DNA of 63,875 nucleotides, counting the filler, from Octopus bimaculoides (taxonomy: Eukaryota), in NCBI RefSeq assembly GCF_001194135.2. It is 3 parts of 3 records of this genome, joined end to end, with 100 filler letters (N's around TTAATTAATTAA, not from the genome) between each part and the next. Parts side by side here need not be neighbours in the genome. Positions count along the whole stretch, not along the records: positions 1 to 30,010 come from NC_068988.1; 2 more parts are not named here. One strand, given 5' to 3'. Of the stretch, positions 1-12,610 are shown piece after piece. Every line of letters begins with the position of its first letter. Within the stretch, counting starts at the first letter, position 1. The translations under genes and the position numbers were made by a program. The notes below the pieces were generated by a model. That model saw only the letters and a program-made list of their open reading frames with translations. It was not told the DNA's origin and made no database searches.

Positions 1-199
1 TATACATACATGCATACATACATACACACATATATATATATACGCACACACACACATATATGCATATAGTCATATTTAACCTTGTGTATAGTTATATATA
101 ACTATTCTCAAGGTTAAAATAAGCATACATATACAATACACATTTACACGCAGCTACCCGCATATATATGCGTGTGTGTGTATGTGTGCAAATTCTCCC

Positions 200-244
<45 letters not shown>

Positions 245-370
245 AGTGTGTAATAATATATATATAGGTCTCTCTCACCGGATGCTTGTGCGTCAGCGTA
301 CATATATATACACTATGGTATGTACACTCACGCATATATATATATGGATATATATATATCTATATATTCA

Positions 371-403
<33 letters not shown>

Positions 404-473
404 CTATTAGATAGTTATATTATGAACAGGTATGTGTGTGCGCATATATATATACACACATATATTTATGCAA

Positions 474-508
<35 letters not shown>

Positions 509-560
509 CATATGTGTGTGCGTGTGTATGTATGTATGTATATATATACACTAATACAAA
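1..560. repeat. Compound (TA)n/(TG)n/(CA)n microsatellite tract
   Basis: Directly visible dinucleotide runs. Confidence 0.95.
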
Positions 561-890
561 CACACTATATACACACAAATCATTGTATTCTTTTATATAC
601 TTACATATTGCATCAATTATACAACAGAGAAGAGAGCATGGCGGAAGGATTGTGATTCACTACAGCATCGCTATTGTTTATGGAGATTTTATGACTGCAG
701 TGTCACCATCCGATGAAAATAACATAAATAATAGCATCATAACAGAAAAGTAACTAGACACCCGTTACTTAATTAACGCATGAACTTGGGTGGAGAACGC
801 GGTATTGGGAACAAAGGAGGAGTATGAAGTAAATGAAGAATATGAAAAGAATTAAGATAGCGTAATAATAACAGCAGCCAACAACGGTAA

Positions 891-893
891 ATG

Positions 894-948
<55 letters not shown>

Positions 949-965
949 TGATAATAATAATGATG
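891..965. repeat. (TAA)n/(TGA)n trinucleotide microsatellite
   Basis: Directly visible; explains the poly-Ile ORFs. Confidence 0.95.
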
Positions 966-1357
966 ATTTTTCTTTTAGTTGTTTTAGTTATTGGGCTGCG
1001 GACATGGTGGAGCATTGCCTTGAATGATTTTAGTTTAATAAACCGATTCCTGTACATTACAGTTACAATATGAAGTAGGCAGTGGGGGCAGGAGCTGTGT
1101 TAAAACTTCAGTGAATGTCTTTTAAAAATTTTCATATATCTATGGTTATTTGAGAAATGCTTATCGATTACAGCCAGTAACTTCGTACGTTAGATAATAT
1201 TTATGCCCACTTAAATGTGGATGTTGTGTTAGAAAAAACTATACTGCGGTAGATAAATATCATGCAAAGAAACTTTTGTATTGGCTTTTGAGGTAAAAAA
1301 TACCATTGTTTATATTGTTAGCAGGGAGATAAATCCCCGTTATCTCTAGCGATGAGA

Positions 1358-1405
1358 CCACCAGAAACACGTGTTTTCGACTTTACTTGGTCTCGTCCAT
1401 GATGG
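1358..1405 (-). ncRNA. Degenerate type-I minimal hammerhead-ribozyme-like motif (possibly Penelope-associated)
   Basis: Minus strand reads CCAUCA-UGGACGA-GAC(CAAGUAAA)GUC-GAAA-ACACGUGU-UUC-UGGUGG. Stem I (CCAUCA/UGGUGG), stem II (GAC/GUC) and a palindromic stem III are present. The core has two mismatches to CUGANGA and there is one extra U. Confidence 0.35.
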
Positions 1406-1519
1406 ACGCTCGTCTTAACGTTACGTTAATCTTAACATTCAAAGAAAAAGTGGTGCAAACCATGTAATCTTCCTGTTCGGCAAACAAATGTCGACAGAAT
1501 AAATATCAGGTTAACAATA

Positions 1520-1615
1520 GCAATAAGTGCTGAGGTTGATCTGATCAATTCGCCTCTTGCTGAAATGCTCTGCCCCAGCGTGGCCGCAGTCAAATGATTG
1601 AATCAAGTATAAAAA
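1520..1615 (+). mobile_element. SINE family D 3' fragment
   Basis: CCCCAGCGTGGCCGCAGTCAAATGATTGAATCAAGTA matches the tail of the fuller copies at 42170-42215 and (reverse strand) 57700-57740. Confidence 0.55.
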
Positions 1616-1961
1616 TAACAGCAACAACAACAGAAGCAGCAACAACAGTGACAACGTTAACAACGACGACAACAACAACAAATATACCAAATGAGGAGTG
1701 AAGTTAGTGGCAGTAAATGTCTTCTCTAGAGACCAGAGTGAAATGCTCGCAACGGTGTAGAAACTGATTGGCTGAGACCAGCTGAAGATAATAAGAATTC
1801 TAAAGAAGCAATATGTAAATATATCAGGATAAGGGAGAGAAGGAAGCAAAATACGCTGCTGTAGAATATTGGATACATACATACATACATACATACATAC
1901 TTTAAATGCATACACACGTACATGTATGTAGATGTGTGTAATACGCAGATACATATACTAG

Positions 1962-2008
<47 letters not shown>

Positions 2009-4639
2009 TTATTTTTATATATATTATACATACATATTCACATGCATAGATATAAGCATATATACACTAACACGCATATGTATGCACATACATACATATG
2101 TATATACACATATTCAGGTGGGAATGAAAGAAATGAGTAAATATCTGTGGTTGTCTTCATATATATCAGCGCATGGCATGTATTTATGTGTGTATGAATG
2201 TGTGTGTGTGTGTGTGTGTGTATGAATACACACACATACGCACGCACGCACACACATACGCACACACGCATACACAAACACACACATTACAACACGCACA
2301 CACATACACACACATGTATATCAATGCATATGTATGTATATATGTACGTGTATGCTTGTATGTAATATATCATATTATATATGTATGTGTAAATATACAG
2401 TGGCTTGTTGACTAAAATACATATATATTTGTGTGATATACTGTATGTGATAAATGGGGCTTGCTGATCCCTAGTTTTCTATTTAAACTGCCATTAGATT
2501 TATATTTACACAACCGAAAACGGTGTATTAGGTACTAAGTATTAGGGGAGATTTAATCAGCAAATAACGATTCAAGCCCTTATATTTTCGACACAAAAAG
2601 AACCTCGAACAGAAATTTATATTCACTGATGTAAATTACGTCCCCTTTTTTTTTTACTTCTTTACTTTTCTTTATACAAGCAGGATCTCTGTTAGGCGAG
2701 AAAGAATGTATGTTTGTTGTGTGTTCTGTTTATCCCAATCAATTGTATGGGCTTGGCGATGTTGTTGTCAAAAGTAACCAAAGCTTTTAAATTTTCTAAC
2801 TTTCATTTTATTATTCTAGTCTTGCTTCTTTGTACATTGACTCCGTGTAAAGTCAACTGGCACGAGATTCGTAGGTATGAAGAAATAATCCAGTTTAGAT
2901 ATATAAATTTATGGTGCGTGTGTGTGTGTTTGCGTATGTATGTATATATACAAACACACACATACGTACACAAACATACATACGTACAGACTTATTGACA
3001 TACCCATGTATATATATATAGATATATTCTTTCTATATAACAAAACAACAGAAATATACTCAGTATATGGTGCAGAATAGAATGATATTTACTCAACTAA
3101 TACCATTTGCCGTCACTTTAAGTCTCACTAATGGCTTATCGGATGGACATACTGGATTATTTTGAAAAACATGCTAGACTTAAAGATGGTGAAATCACCC
3201 ACCACACGCACAAGTGTGTGTGTGTTTCAAAGGTGAAGAGGTTAAAATTAAATTTACATAGAAAAAACAAAAAAGCAGAAACTGCTTTATCAAATTTATT
3301 AGGAAAAGAAAGAGAATATTTACATTTCTTTTTCAAAATAAGGTACCGGTTTCAATTGTCTTAAGTGATGTAGTAATGTAATAAGAAACGGAAGAATAAT
3401 TGAAATAAAATGATTTTTTATGATATCATCTTGGGATGCTCACGTGCTTTTCTTGCAAATTTCCTGTGGTGCTGATCATTGGTTTCCTTCTGATGGTCGA
3501 AATAGTAGTAGGCATAGCAGTGGTGGTTGTCTTTTGTTCCTTACTGGCAATGTTGGCATTAAGGAGTAATTATTATGATTAACTGCAGCAGTGGAAATGG
3601 TCGTAGTAGTGGCTGTAATAGATGTCCTTCAGTGAAAGGGACTTTGCTGTATAACTGTAAATACAAAAAAGTTAGGTAGAAAAAGGAAAGCATGTCTCAA
3701 ACCCTATATTCCTGTAACTTAGTTGTACATTTTATATATAATTTTATTTGTCATAAAGATATATTAACTATCCCGCATTTCCTTTATGTCCTCTTTAATA
3801 TCCTTTTAAATATTTAATCTACAGTTATAGCAATTTTCTACAAAACAAACAATTAGGGTTAACAGCAAAAATTAACCCATTTTTTCTTTCCTGTGTATTC
3901 TATTCTTTTTACTTTTCCTTTACTTTTTTTTATTTTATTTATTTAATTGCCTATATTTTTAATACACATTGCTCACACTAGCTAAACTGCTTACTTTTTG
4001 TCCTATACTGACCTACAGTGATATGTATATAAATATATGACAGTGAGTTGTATATAAAATATATGACACTTTCTCATTGCTTAAAACATCCCAGAGAAGA
4101 CGTATATATGTGTAGTATCCTTTTAGAAGAAGGACATTCAAATGTAAAACCTGCGGTTTCACGTGATTATTGGTAATCTCGATTTGGCGTATCCCTAGGT
4201 ACTAATCACAGAGACTCAGAGAGTGATACTCGTGTTGTGCAAGTATTTATTACTATAATCTAATGAGGAACAGATATCTTTTATGGTTACCTCATTTGTC
4301 ATTCCATCTACTGGTGATGGAAGAATGGTGACGTGTGCAGCTCCAGTCAGTTGGAAACGCACAGTAAATTGCAAGTTTTGTCTGTCACCTTTGCTTCAAT
4401 CCATGCAGATGTGCAGTGGGACTGAAGTCATATGAGTAGTCATGGATGAAAAGTCAGAATTGCCATTGACAACGAAGAAGCACAAGGAGACGACAATCAT
4501 CTGTGAAGATGGAGCAATCACCATCTCTATACTCACACGACGGTATTACCATCACTTTTTTTTTTAACTGACACTGATCGTTCAAATGGCATGTGTTGGT
4601 AGAGTGACCCTTCCTCTTATAAAAAAGGTACTACTCACC

Positions 4640-5747
4640 GTAATGTTCCTCACAATCGGTGCATTTGCACCATCCTTGAATTCAACTCACGTGTTCTTTT
4701 GTAAAAAATTCAAATTCCACTGTTGTAGCCATTTCTGTGTCATCAGATGATTGTCCACGAAGACATTACTTCATTGAACCGAACAGGTGGAAGCTGGAGA
4801 GTGCCATATCTGGGCTGGGCTGCGCTTGGGAAGAGCGACCGCTGAGAAAATTGATTTATTTGTTGTTAAGGATTTGTGTACTTGTGTATTGTCATGGTTT
4901 AATGTAGATTGCTTTCAGATTCTCGTTCGCTATATCTCTCCTAATGACTTCCCTAAGTTTTTGAGTGTCTCAATGTACTGCATGCTCTTCACAGAACATC
5001 CACATTCCAGAAAACCAAGAAGATTGATACACTTGTCAGCCTACAAGCCAATTACCATGACTTTTCTGAGCTGATCGCTGACTCTTGAATGACTTAAGCC
5101 TTGGAGAAGGGGTTTGACATCATTCGATGGGCTAAGTCATCATTTCTGGATCATAAAGATACGCCTAACTTTCATCCCCTGCCATCAGCTCGAGAAAAGC
5201 GTGTCTTCGTTGGCTCTAAAGGCTCACAGCAGATCAGATCAGACTTCCAATATTCTCTCCTTTAAAGAGAGCGTCAACTGTCGAAGTACTCGCTTTTCAA
5301 ACTCTTTTCGATATACAAAGTCTTCCTCCATCTTCTGTGATGCATTGTGGCTATAATCCAATTGTGCAACCGACTCAAGAGTTCTGACTCGGCTATCCCC
5401 ATGAATAAATTCGTATATTCGTGGATGATTTGTGACAGTAACTACAGTTGATGGTATTTCACTCTGTGGTTTGTGTTCAGTGCTCGTTTCCACCTTTTTT
5501 AAAACTTCTTCGTCTGTCTGTGCACATTACTCCTGTCAGTGCCATATTCGCGAACAAGCTGAAGCCTTCCGTCAACAACTGAATGATAGCGCATCACTTT
5601 TGCTTGGAACCGATTTGTTTGTCTTCAATGAAGAATCGAAAGAAGAGGTACTATAGAGAGAGAGGGTTACCTTGCCAACTACCGTTCGAACATTTTTTAG
5701 TTAATAAAAGTTGTGCCGACTTTGCATTACTTTCAGTACAACCCTTA
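4640..5747 (-). mobile_element. Decayed near-full-length mariner (Tc1/mariner) transposon, family 1
   Basis: Minus-strand translation across stops and frameshifts gives an HTH region (ORF 5239-5493, ending RVLRQLT, like WVPRQLT), AGDES*AYLYDPE (TGDETW-like), NHDNTQVH (HDNA-like), SPDMALSSFHLFGSMK (YSPDLAP-like) and a C-terminal RWCKCTDCEEHY. TIR-like end TAAGGGTTGTACTGAAAGTAATGC at 5724-5747. Confidence 0.85.
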
Positions 5748-5858
5748 CATGTATGTGTGTGTGTATAGTTGTGCATATATATAAAGTCATATATATATAT
5801 ATGAATATACATACATATATGCATATATAAATATACATATATATATATATATATTCAT

Positions 5859-5901
<43 letters not shown>

Positions 5902-6015
5902 NNNNNNNNNNNNNNNNNNNNNNNNNNNNNNNNNNNNNNNNNNNNNNNNNNNNNNNNNNNNNNNNNNNNNNNNNNNNNNNNNNNNNNNNNNNNNNNNNNN
6001 NNNNNNNNNNNNNNN

Positions 6016-6070
<55 letters not shown>

Positions 6071-6107
6071 CATTATATATATTAATACATACATATCAAC
6101 ATATATA

Positions 6108-6560
6108 TCTATTATTTAAAATAGACTTCTGTGTGTGTATTCGCTTTTCACGCAAAAACGGCTGCTCGAATTGTTCCCATACTTGGAGTGCATGAATAAT
6201 TTGAACTCGGATACATAACAGGGTTTTCACTTTTTTTTTTTTATTAAAACTAAATAAAATAAATAATACTGCTTTATATACATTGATTCACTTTAAAAAA
6301 GTTTTTCAGTGTCAACTTCCGCTATTGACGTAGTAACAGGTTTTTCAATGCTTACTTCCGGTATTGACGTGGCAACTACCGTTACCTAGACACGCACATT
6401 TATGTATAACCGCTTCTATTTCATTTCAGAACCTGTGTTCTTGAGTATTAAAAGTAATTATTACTTTTTGAAATACACTAATCTTACACTACAAGCAGCA
6501 AACAGTATTGTGTTAAGGCTATGAGTCTATAACCCGAGTGAAACCGGGTCTCTCTGCTTG
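6108..6560 (+). mobile_element. Non-autonomous Helitron-like element
   Basis: 5' A|TC start (TCTATTATTTAAAA), subterminal hairpin ACCCG-AGTGAAAC-CGGGT at 6532-6549, 3' end CTTG|T (variant of CTRR), no TSD. Confidence 0.6.
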
Positions 6561-7999
6561 TATATGGATGAATATCTCTTCCCCTCTCTCTCCCTCTCTT
6601 TCTCTCTTTTTGTGTACATACGTATATACATACTTCTCTCCATACATATGTGTGTGCAATGGAAATGTTGACAGTGACTTCGAAGTAACTAGCCGTCATC
6701 ATATTGTGACTTACAATACTCTACTGAAAAGTGGTGGGTGGACGTTGGAATTAATGTTTGACAACTCTTATATATCATTCTGCTTAAAAATAAACACACA
6801 TACACGCACACGCACATACACAAATACACACGCACGCACACACACACACATATTCTCTCTCTCACATACACACACATAGACGTATGGACATAAACACGTA
6901 CACACACGCACCTATTTGTTTCTGTTTTATTGGTATCTGTGTAGCATCAGTGTGTATAATTTACCGACAATAACCCCTTAAGGTACCGAAAAAGACTGTG
7001 AAACAAATATTTAGTGTACATAGTATATACAACGTTAAACAGTCAGCATATTGGCATTACAACGAAAACTTGATCTCACTAGAACAGCGTATTAATTTTT
7101 CTTGGCTGTCTTCTACCCTATAACCTGAATCGCTTAAAGCATCTATACCTCGTTAAGTGCTTGTTTTTTGTTTTGTTTTAGTTTTACTAAGTATACTTGA
7201 TGCCTTTTATATACAATAACGAAACCTCCTCCCTTTCGTTCCCTAAGGAAATATTTAGAACATCTGTTTTGTATGTATGTATGTATGTAGGCTAGTTTTC
7301 ATCTCGTTTTAATTCATAAAAGTACCAAATAGCCACGACAGTATCTAGTTAGTCAGATTTATGACCTTTATAACGCCCGAAGACAAAGTTACCAAAATGT
7401 CACATTCTTCTTCTTATTAATAATAATATTTAGATGACCTCCATACATTCAGCTTTATGAAGCTTATATATTTAATCTCATCTCTTGTTGATATCATTAA
7501 AAACCTATTCATCTATCTGCACATCACACCAGTTCGTTCGTAACAATCCACACCAATTGATAAGAAGTGTCTTTTATAACCGACCACGATCTTTCACTCG
7601 AAGATGATATGTTTCTTTGTATCAAAATACAGATAACATATTATTGATGGCCGCATCAAGAAATTGATCTTAGTTCTCTACAGGTTATCTCGGCAGGTTA
7701 TCACACCTGGATGGAAAACAACGATGTTACATTATACGTAGCATATAGCTTTTTTGTTTGCCACAATTTTATCTAACTTTGAAAATTGGAGAGGAAAAAT
7801 GCAAATGTGTAAAAAACGAATAATGATCGAAACTACTTCCGGATCAAATGTATGTCTTCCTGAACTGGTTTATGAATCGAAGATCAAATTTATAAAGCAT
7901 ATATATATGAAAAGAGTCAAACTAATCGCAAGTACAGTGAAGCTGTCCGTCACTCACAAGCGAGTATAGCTTAGCAAGAAGCTCCGTGTTTTGTGTTAA

Positions 8000-8250
8000 T
8001 TGTCTATGTAGACCTGGCTGGACATAGATACGCTCTCGTTTCCCTCACACGTGATCCAAGGGAGCGTCTAGGACGTGATAGCTGCAGGAAGAGAGAGCCG
8101 AACCAGCGCACGGTTATTACTCTCCACGGGTGAGTTAATTGGAGCAAAGTGAATTGAAGTACCTTACTCAAGGAGCACAATGCACCGCCTGAGTCAGTAA
8201 TTGAGCCCTCAACCTTATGACTGTCAGTAGAACGCCTTAACAACTAGCCC
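8000..8250 (-). mobile_element. tRNA-headed SINE, diverged
   Basis: Reverse strand gives a tRNA-like head GGGCTAGTTGTTAAGGCG followed by CATTGTGCTCCTTGAGTAAGGTACTTCAATTCACTTTGCTCCA, like the family E heads elsewhere in the window. Confidence 0.6.
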
Positions 8251-8609
8251 TTACGTCTTTACAAACATACTATAGAATTCAATATTATTTTGATCGCTAG
8301 AGAATCTTGTGGGAAAAAGAAGGGAAACTCATTGATACTACGGAAATCTTTATTGGCTCACAAATTTGTAACTTTTCGAATTTGGCCAATGAATCATAAT
8401 GTAAACATGTATATGCATGCACGTGTATGCACTATATGAAGTCTGATGAAGGAGAAGAACCAAAACTTTAAAGTCACTGTTAATCTTTTTCTTAAAAGAA
8501 GTTCTATATATGTAAGCTACTAAAAAGCATTGAATTACCCTTCAGTTTGATGTTAAATTGTTTTTATATATAACCCGACACGAAAACAGACAGTCACACA
8601 CACACTCTC

Positions 8610-8670
<61 letters not shown>

Positions 8671-8954
8671 CAAACACATTAGCGCATATACTGTAGTAGT
8701 GTCTGATTGATAATATCTTAGTCTCTTAGAAATGGAGGTGATGTCTCGACCCAATGAAATACCGAGTAATTATAGTGAGACTGATAAAGATCTTTAAATA
8801 CGGTGATAACAGAGGAGAGGATAGAATGACGACAGTTCGAACAAAGATATTTAGTAATGAGTAGAAAATATACAAGGAAAATAACATAAACAGATAGGTA
8901 AGTATAACAGAGAGACAAGACAGTTAGAACTCAAGCACATTTCCCTGAAATTTT

Positions 8955-9305
8955 AGTATAATAATGATCTCTTATACTAGAATACAGGACAGATTTTAGG
9001 AGATGGAAATTGGATTAAATATGCCTTGACCGGTTCTTATTTTGTCGAATCTAGAAGGAAGAAAGTCGAAGTCACCTCAGGTGGGATTTAATTCCTGAAT
9101 ACGTAGGGAGATATAACTAAATACAGCATTTTGTTCGACGCTTAAGTATTTAGTCATTCAAATATGATTTTTAACACGAGCACAAAATTACACATTCGAG
9201 GGAAAAGGTGTAGTTGACTAAATGGACTCCTGAACATGACAGGTGTTTTTACTTTACCGTTCCAGGTAGGATGGAAGACGATGGTAACTCGGTAGTATTT
9301 GAAAT
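8955..9305 (-). mobile_element. Two highly diverged SINE family A remnants
   Basis: Loose similarity to the copies at 15666-15877 and 36172-36400. Confidence 0.35.
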
Positions 9306-9439
9306 ATTCAAGTAATTATTGTGTTCTTCAGAAGCAGAATAAACCCCTTTTACGAACATGACGCATTGTTCAACTTAAATAATCGCTGGCGTAGCGGCAT
9401 AACCATGGCAGTACAGCCTTGGTGGTGCAGGCATGTTGT

Positions 9440-9732
9440 CGTCCTCATCGTCGTCATCGTCATCATCATATTCCTCCTCCTCCTCCTCCTCCTCCTCCTN
9501 NNNNNNNNNNNNNNNNNNNNNNNNNNNNNNNNNNNNNNNNNNNNNNNNNNNNNNNNNNNNNNNNNNNNNNNNNNNNNNNNNNNNNNNNNNNNNNNNNNNN
9601 NNNNNNNNNNNNNNNNNNNNNNNNNNNNNNNNNNNNNNNNNNNNNNNNNNNNNNNNNNNNNNNNNNTCATCATCATCATCATCATCACCATCGTTGTCGT
9701 CGTCGTCATCGTCGTCGTCGCTGTCGTCGTCG

Positions 9733-9785
<53 letters not shown>
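9440..9785. repeat. (TCA/TCG/TCC)n trinucleotide array spanning an N gap
   Basis: Directly visible; source of the poly-H/D/S/M ORFs. Confidence 0.95.
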
Positions 9786-9859
9786 TATGTTTGCGTAAGT
9801 TGGATAGTTCGACAGAATTCGGTGGGTCCAAAGATTGCATCGTGCTCCAGTGCCTACAT

Positions 9860-9955
9860 TGGGCATGATTTCCACGGTTGGGTGCTCTTCCTAACTCCAA
9901 CCACTTCACTGTGTGTAGTGGGTTGTTTTCTTCATGTCGCCAGCACTAACTGAGG
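9860..9955 (+). mobile_element. Short interspersed repeat fragment
   Basis: GGTTGGGTGCTCTTCCTAACTCCAACCACTTCAC resembles a common octopus repeat (recall only, not verified). Confidence 0.4.
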
Positions 9956-10305
9956 TCGGCATACAACTCGCAAGACTACGAAACCTAAGGGAAGGGATAG
10001 CCTTTATGTGAGGAAATGAGGAATTAAAGTATGCTTGGAAGTTGGCGATAGGCAGAGCAGGTGCTTGTAGAGGAGCTGCATGGCTACTCACATTCAGTGA
10101 AGGGAGAGAGAGAATTATCAGAAGTTGTGAAGAGATAAATAGTGATAAGGTGTCCGAATTTTGCTTCAAATCCACGTGATTCCGACTGACATTCAGCGAA
10201 TTCAGAGCTTCGATCAATGCCTTCTGAATGAAATTTGATCTGTTGAAACTGTGTGGAATTCATCGGAAAGACCATTCCATTATTCTTTATTTTTAATTTT
10301 TTTTA

Positions 10306-10650
10306 GCCCAATGGAAAATGGAACGAATCATCCTCGGTATCACATTGCGGGACAAGAAAATACAGGCCTGGATTCGACAACACACGTGAGTCAACGACAT
10401 CATAGGAACTATCAAGGAGAACAAATATAAATGGGTTGGCCACATCGGGTGACTGAAGGACAACAGAGGGACAATCGGGGTGACGCAATGGACACCAAGA
10501 CAATGGACAAGATCAAGAGGTCGACCAAAGACAAGATGGCGAGATGATGTCACCCGCTACCTGGGGCCTACGTGGCTACAACTGGCCAGAGATAGAGAGC
10601 GGTGGAAGGAGTCCAGGAAGGGCTCCTCTTTCGGGAGGGATGAAGCCCAG
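10306..10650 (+). mobile_element. RTE-clade LINE 3' fragment (C-terminus of the RT ORF)
   Basis: One frame with two stops: AQWKMERIILGITLRDKK...KWVGHIG*LKDNR...QWTPRQWTRSRGRPKTRWRDDV...LARDRERWK, a typical RTE C-terminus. Confidence 0.9.
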
Positions 10651-10722
10651 GGTAAGAATAAAACGTAATCTGTCACCCCATCACCTGAATCTAGAAAGCT
10701 TTGGATAGAATCTGGTCTATTT

Positions 10723-10955
10723 AAGGCGGTGAGCTGGCAGAAACGTTAGTACGCCGGGCGAAATGCTTAGCGGTATTTCGTCTGCCGCTACGTTCTGAGT
10801 TCAAATTCCGCCGAGGTCGACTTTGCCTTTCATCCTTTCGGGATCGATAAATTAAGTACCAGTTACGCACTGGGGTGGATATAATCGACTTAATCCGTTC
10901 ATCTGTCCTTGCTTTTCCCTTCTGTGTGTAGCCCCTTGTGAGCAGTAAAGAAATA
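10723..10955 (+). mobile_element. Full-length SINE (A-type body, B-type tail) with 16-bp TSD
   Basis: Head AAGGCGGTGAGCTGGCAG, tail AAAGAAATA. Exact flanking duplication AGAATCTGGTCTATTT at 10707-10722 and 10956-10971. Confidence 0.95.
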
Positions 10956-12344
10956 AGAATCTGGTCTATTTCAAATATTCGGACCAAATCAAGCTTCTTA
11001 CCATCCTCTCACTAGTAATGGAAGCGTTACGGAGACCACGGATATTTCTTTCTCTGGTTGAGCCACCGACAAAATATCATATTTGTATTGTTTCTTACCA
11101 GTACAATTACATTGAACTACCAGTGTAAAAGAAATCTAACTTAAAACTTTTCCGATTTTATCGATTATCAACAGAGATGTTTTGGAAACTATGAACACAT
11201 TAGTTATACAGCAGCTTATTAGTTACTATTCTTATTCATAGTATTCAAATGTTGATATCATTTGCAAACAATCCCCCAATGTACACATATAAACGCACGC
11301 ACGCACCCACGCGCGCGCGCGCACACACATAACTATTCGCGCAAACACACATAACCATACGTGCAAACACACTTTTACACATACACATATGTTTAAACCC
11401 ACCCATGAATACATGCACTCATTTTCTTTAGTGCACATTCATACACATAGGCACATACGTATACTTATATATATATATATATATNNNNNNNNNNNNNNNN
11501 NNNNNNNNNNNNNNNNNNNNNNNNNNNNNNNNNNNNNNNNNNNNNNNNNNNNNNNNNNNNNNNNNNNNNNNNNNNNNNNNNNNNNNNNNNNNNNNNNNNN
11601 NNNNNNNNNNNNNNNNNNNNNNNNNNNNNNNNNNNNNNNNNNNNNNNNNNNNNNNNNNNNNNNNNNNNNNNNNNNNNNNNNNNNNNNNNNNNNNNNNNNN
11701 NNNNNNNNNNNNNNNNNNNNNNNNNNNNNNNNNNNNNNNNNNNNNNNNNNNNNNNNNNNNNNNNNNNNNNNNNNNNNNNNNNNNNNNNNNNNNNNNNNNN
11801 NNNNNNNNNNNNNNNNNNNNNNNNNNNNNNNNNNNNNNNNNNNNNNNNNNNNNNNNNNNNNNNNNNNNNNNNNNNNNNNNNNNNNNNNNNNNNNNNNNNN
11901 NNNNNNTATATATAAGTATACATGTATATATGTATGTATGCATGAATGTATGTATGTATGTATGTATGTATGTATGCATGTATGCACGCATGTATGTATA
12001 TGTGTATGTATGTACACTTACACACACGAATACACATATGCGCACTACTACCACACATCTTGTAGTGTATTGCTCATAGCCCTCAGCTGTGATTTCAAAT
12101 TCAAAAGTCAACCTAAGATCTGCTTCTGTAGCACTTGTCTTTATCGATCCTAACTTTGCAGTCATCAGGGATTCTCTCAACCAGACAGCGGTAGCACTAT
12201 GTGGAATTAATATTTGATACATATGTCATTTGACTCGATTCTCAAATCGATGTTAATACGTCAAGTAGCTATTTATGGTGTAGGTAGATACAAGACGTGT
12301 TGGTGATGGTGGTGGTGGTGGTGGTGTTGGTATTGGTGGTGGTG

Positions 12345-12610
12345 TCGTTCTACACATCAATCTGACCAAATGAACCTCGAGCAAACTGTTGCTTCTTAAT
12401 GTGGTTTCACGCCATTCTTTTCGGTTACTGACCACATCGAAGCAAAGATATATTTGATGTCTGTCTAGTTGTTCTGACCATAGACACATCGCTTTCCGTT
12501 ACTTTGAAGCCACGATCTATCGGTGAGAACAAGAAAAGTAGTTCCATACTAGCTCTTAACATCACTGTTCTGACATGGCAACATTTGTAAGTTTTAGAGA
12601 AATCTTCCAT
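12345..12610 (-). mobile_element. Decayed RTE LINE fragment
   Basis: HVRTVMLRASME and KVTESDV/MCLW resemble RTE CVRTVMLYGSETW...EMRMLRW; (ACC)n lies at its 3' side. Confidence 0.5.

Noticed and set aside
8443-8470. CTGATGA-AGG...CC-AAAAC as a hammerhead
   Set aside because: It lacks GAAA and has no stem I or III.
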